In this document: positions 5,482-6,711 of the stretch, in pieces
How positions within the stretch are numbered: the stretch's first letter is position 1
Layout of the letters: each line of letters starts with the position of its first letter
Source of the DNA: Candidatus Helarchaeota ASGARD archaeon Hel_GB_B
GTDB taxonomy: Archaea > Asgardarchaeota > Lokiarchaeia > Helarchaeales > HEL-GB-B
Direction of reading: 5' to 3'
Assembly: GCA_005191425.1 (NCBI GenBank)
Contig: SUPR01000146.1
Span: forward strand, 1 to 6,711
DNA: 6,711 bases
Translations under genes and position numbers: made by a program
The notes under the pieces: model-generated
The model's database searches: none
What the model was told of the DNA's origin: nothing
What the model saw: the letters and a program-made list of their open reading frames with translations, nothing else

Positions 5482-6711
5482 ATGTTAAGCATTGATGTTA
5501 TTAAAGAGTTAGGAAACATCGTTGGAGCACCATTTGTTAGCACTGCACCTGAAGATTTGTATATTTATAGCAGAGATATGACTGAAAGTGAGCCAGGTAA
5601 TCCAGACGCTATTGTTATGCCCAGTTCGGTTGAAGAAGTCCAAAAAATTATGCAGCTAGCAAATGAATTAAAAATACCAGTGGTACCATATGTTTCTGGT
5701 GCGAATATTGGGGGTCTAACTATTGCCACAAAAGGGGGTATTATATTAGATTTAAAACGAATGAAAAAAGTCGTTAAATTTGACCCCGAAAATAAATATA
5801 TTATTGTAGAACCAGGGTTTACATTTGGACATATGAAGAAATTTTTATCAGATAAGGATTTTATTTATAGTTATGCATTTTCGCCGCCCTATACATCAGT
5901 TGTTGCAAATGCACTTTTACAAGGGCTTACAGAATATAGTTTAAAATATGGTTGTATGGCAAATTGGATTACTGGACTTGAAATAGTCCTTCCAACGGGA
6001 GAAATTGTTCAAATAGGGTCGCACATAATTAGCGACAAAATGTGGGGAAAAAATCCACTTCCAGATATGGTCGGATTAATTACAGGTTGGCAGGGGACAA
6101 CTGGTGTTGTAACAAAGATGGGGTTAAAATTGTTGCCAAAACCACCTATAAAAAAACTATATGGAGCTGTTTGGAATAGTATTGAATCAGCTGAAGAAGG
6201 GTTAAAGTTTTTTACAGATTCAGGGATAGTTTTAGGAGAATTTTCTTTTTCATGGGAATGTATTTTAATGTTAAGCGGAGCTAAATATCCATTAAGGAAG
6301 ATCCGTGAAGATGAACCAAAAATGCTATCAGGATTTATACTCCATGCTGAAAATAAAAAACATTTAAAAATTCAAGAAGAAATTTTGAGAGAGAAATTTC
6401 ATGAACTTAATGAAAAATATAAAAGAAAAATAGACAATCAGATGTTGCCTGTAGAAATAGCAGTTACCAAAAAAATACAAAAAATGTTAGACTTACCAAG
6501 CGCATTACCACCATTTATGGAATTTAGGACAGGAATTGATGGTAAAAAAGGTACAGGAATGAGCTGGCTTGGTACATATTGTCCTAGATCAAATTGGACT
6601 AAATCTTATAATAAGGGCTATGAAATAATGAAAAAACATGGTTTTACTCCCTTGATATTTGTTAAAGTTATGGATAACGGTCGATATCATGTCGTTAGAT
6701 TCCTTGTACCA
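5482..6711 (+). CDS. FAD-binding oxidoreductase, VAO/PCMH (FAD_binding_4, GlcD/D-lactate dehydrogenase-like) family; partial, runs off the window
   Basis: Not in the ORF track because it has no stop inside the window. Frame +1 is open for 410 codons: MLSIDVIKELGNIVG...PDAIVMPSSVEEVQKIMQLANELKIPVVPYVSGANIGGL...GGIILDLKRMKK...IIVEPGFTFG...GLEIVLPTGEIV...PLPDMVGLITGWQGTTGVVTKMGLKL, which is the typical PCMH-type FAD-binding domain. Confidence 0.93.
   Translation, partial: MLSIDVIKELGNIVGAPFVSTAPEDLYIYSRDMTESEPGNPDAIVMPSSVEEVQKIMQLANELKIPVVPYVSGANIGGLTIATKGGIILDLKRMKKVVKFDPENKYIIVEPGFTFGHMKKFLSDKDFIYSYAFSPPYTSVVANALLQGLTEYSLKYGCMANWITGLEIVLPTGEIVQIGSHIISDKMWGKNPLPDMVGLITGWQGTTGVVTKMGLKLLPKPPIKKLYGAVWNSIESAEEGLKFFTDSGIVLGEFSFSWECILMLSGAKYPLRKIREDEPKMLSGFILHAENKKHLKIQEEILREKFHELNEKYKRKIDNQMLPVEIAVTKKIQKMLDLPSALPPFMEFRTGIDGKKGTGMSWLGTYCPRSNWTKSYNKGYEIMKKHGFTPLIFVKVMDNGRYHVVRFLVP

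Noticed and set aside
1-6711. tRNA, rRNA, CRISPR array, transposase or integrase
   Set aside because: No cloverleaf-like GC-rich segment, regularly spaced repeats, terminal inverted repeats with target duplication, or recombinase motifs were seen.

Overview
Very AT-rich genomic window, most likely from an Asgard archaeon (Loki/Hel-like). This is inferred from a Rab-like small GTPase without a prenylation tail, sitting among anaerobe-type metabolic genes. In order, the window holds: the 3' end of a BadF/BadG/BcrA/BcrD-family (acyl-CoA dehydratase activator) gene not in the ORF track; a probable decayed minimal nucleotidyltransferase (MNT) relic; a membrane-inserted M28 zinc peptidase; a helical orphan ORF; a minus-strand 110-aa protein that aligns by eye to MoaD/ThiS/SAMP beta-grasp proteins but ends in Gly-Cys followed by TGA TGA; a divergent Rab-like GTPase; about 620 bp of non-coding DNA; a DUF362 protein; and a truncated FAD-binding (VAO/PCMH-type) oxidoreductase also absent from the ORF track. 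The most unusual element is the GC-terminated ubiquitin-like candidate and its 3' context. No rRNA, tRNA, CRISPR array or intact mobile element was seen.
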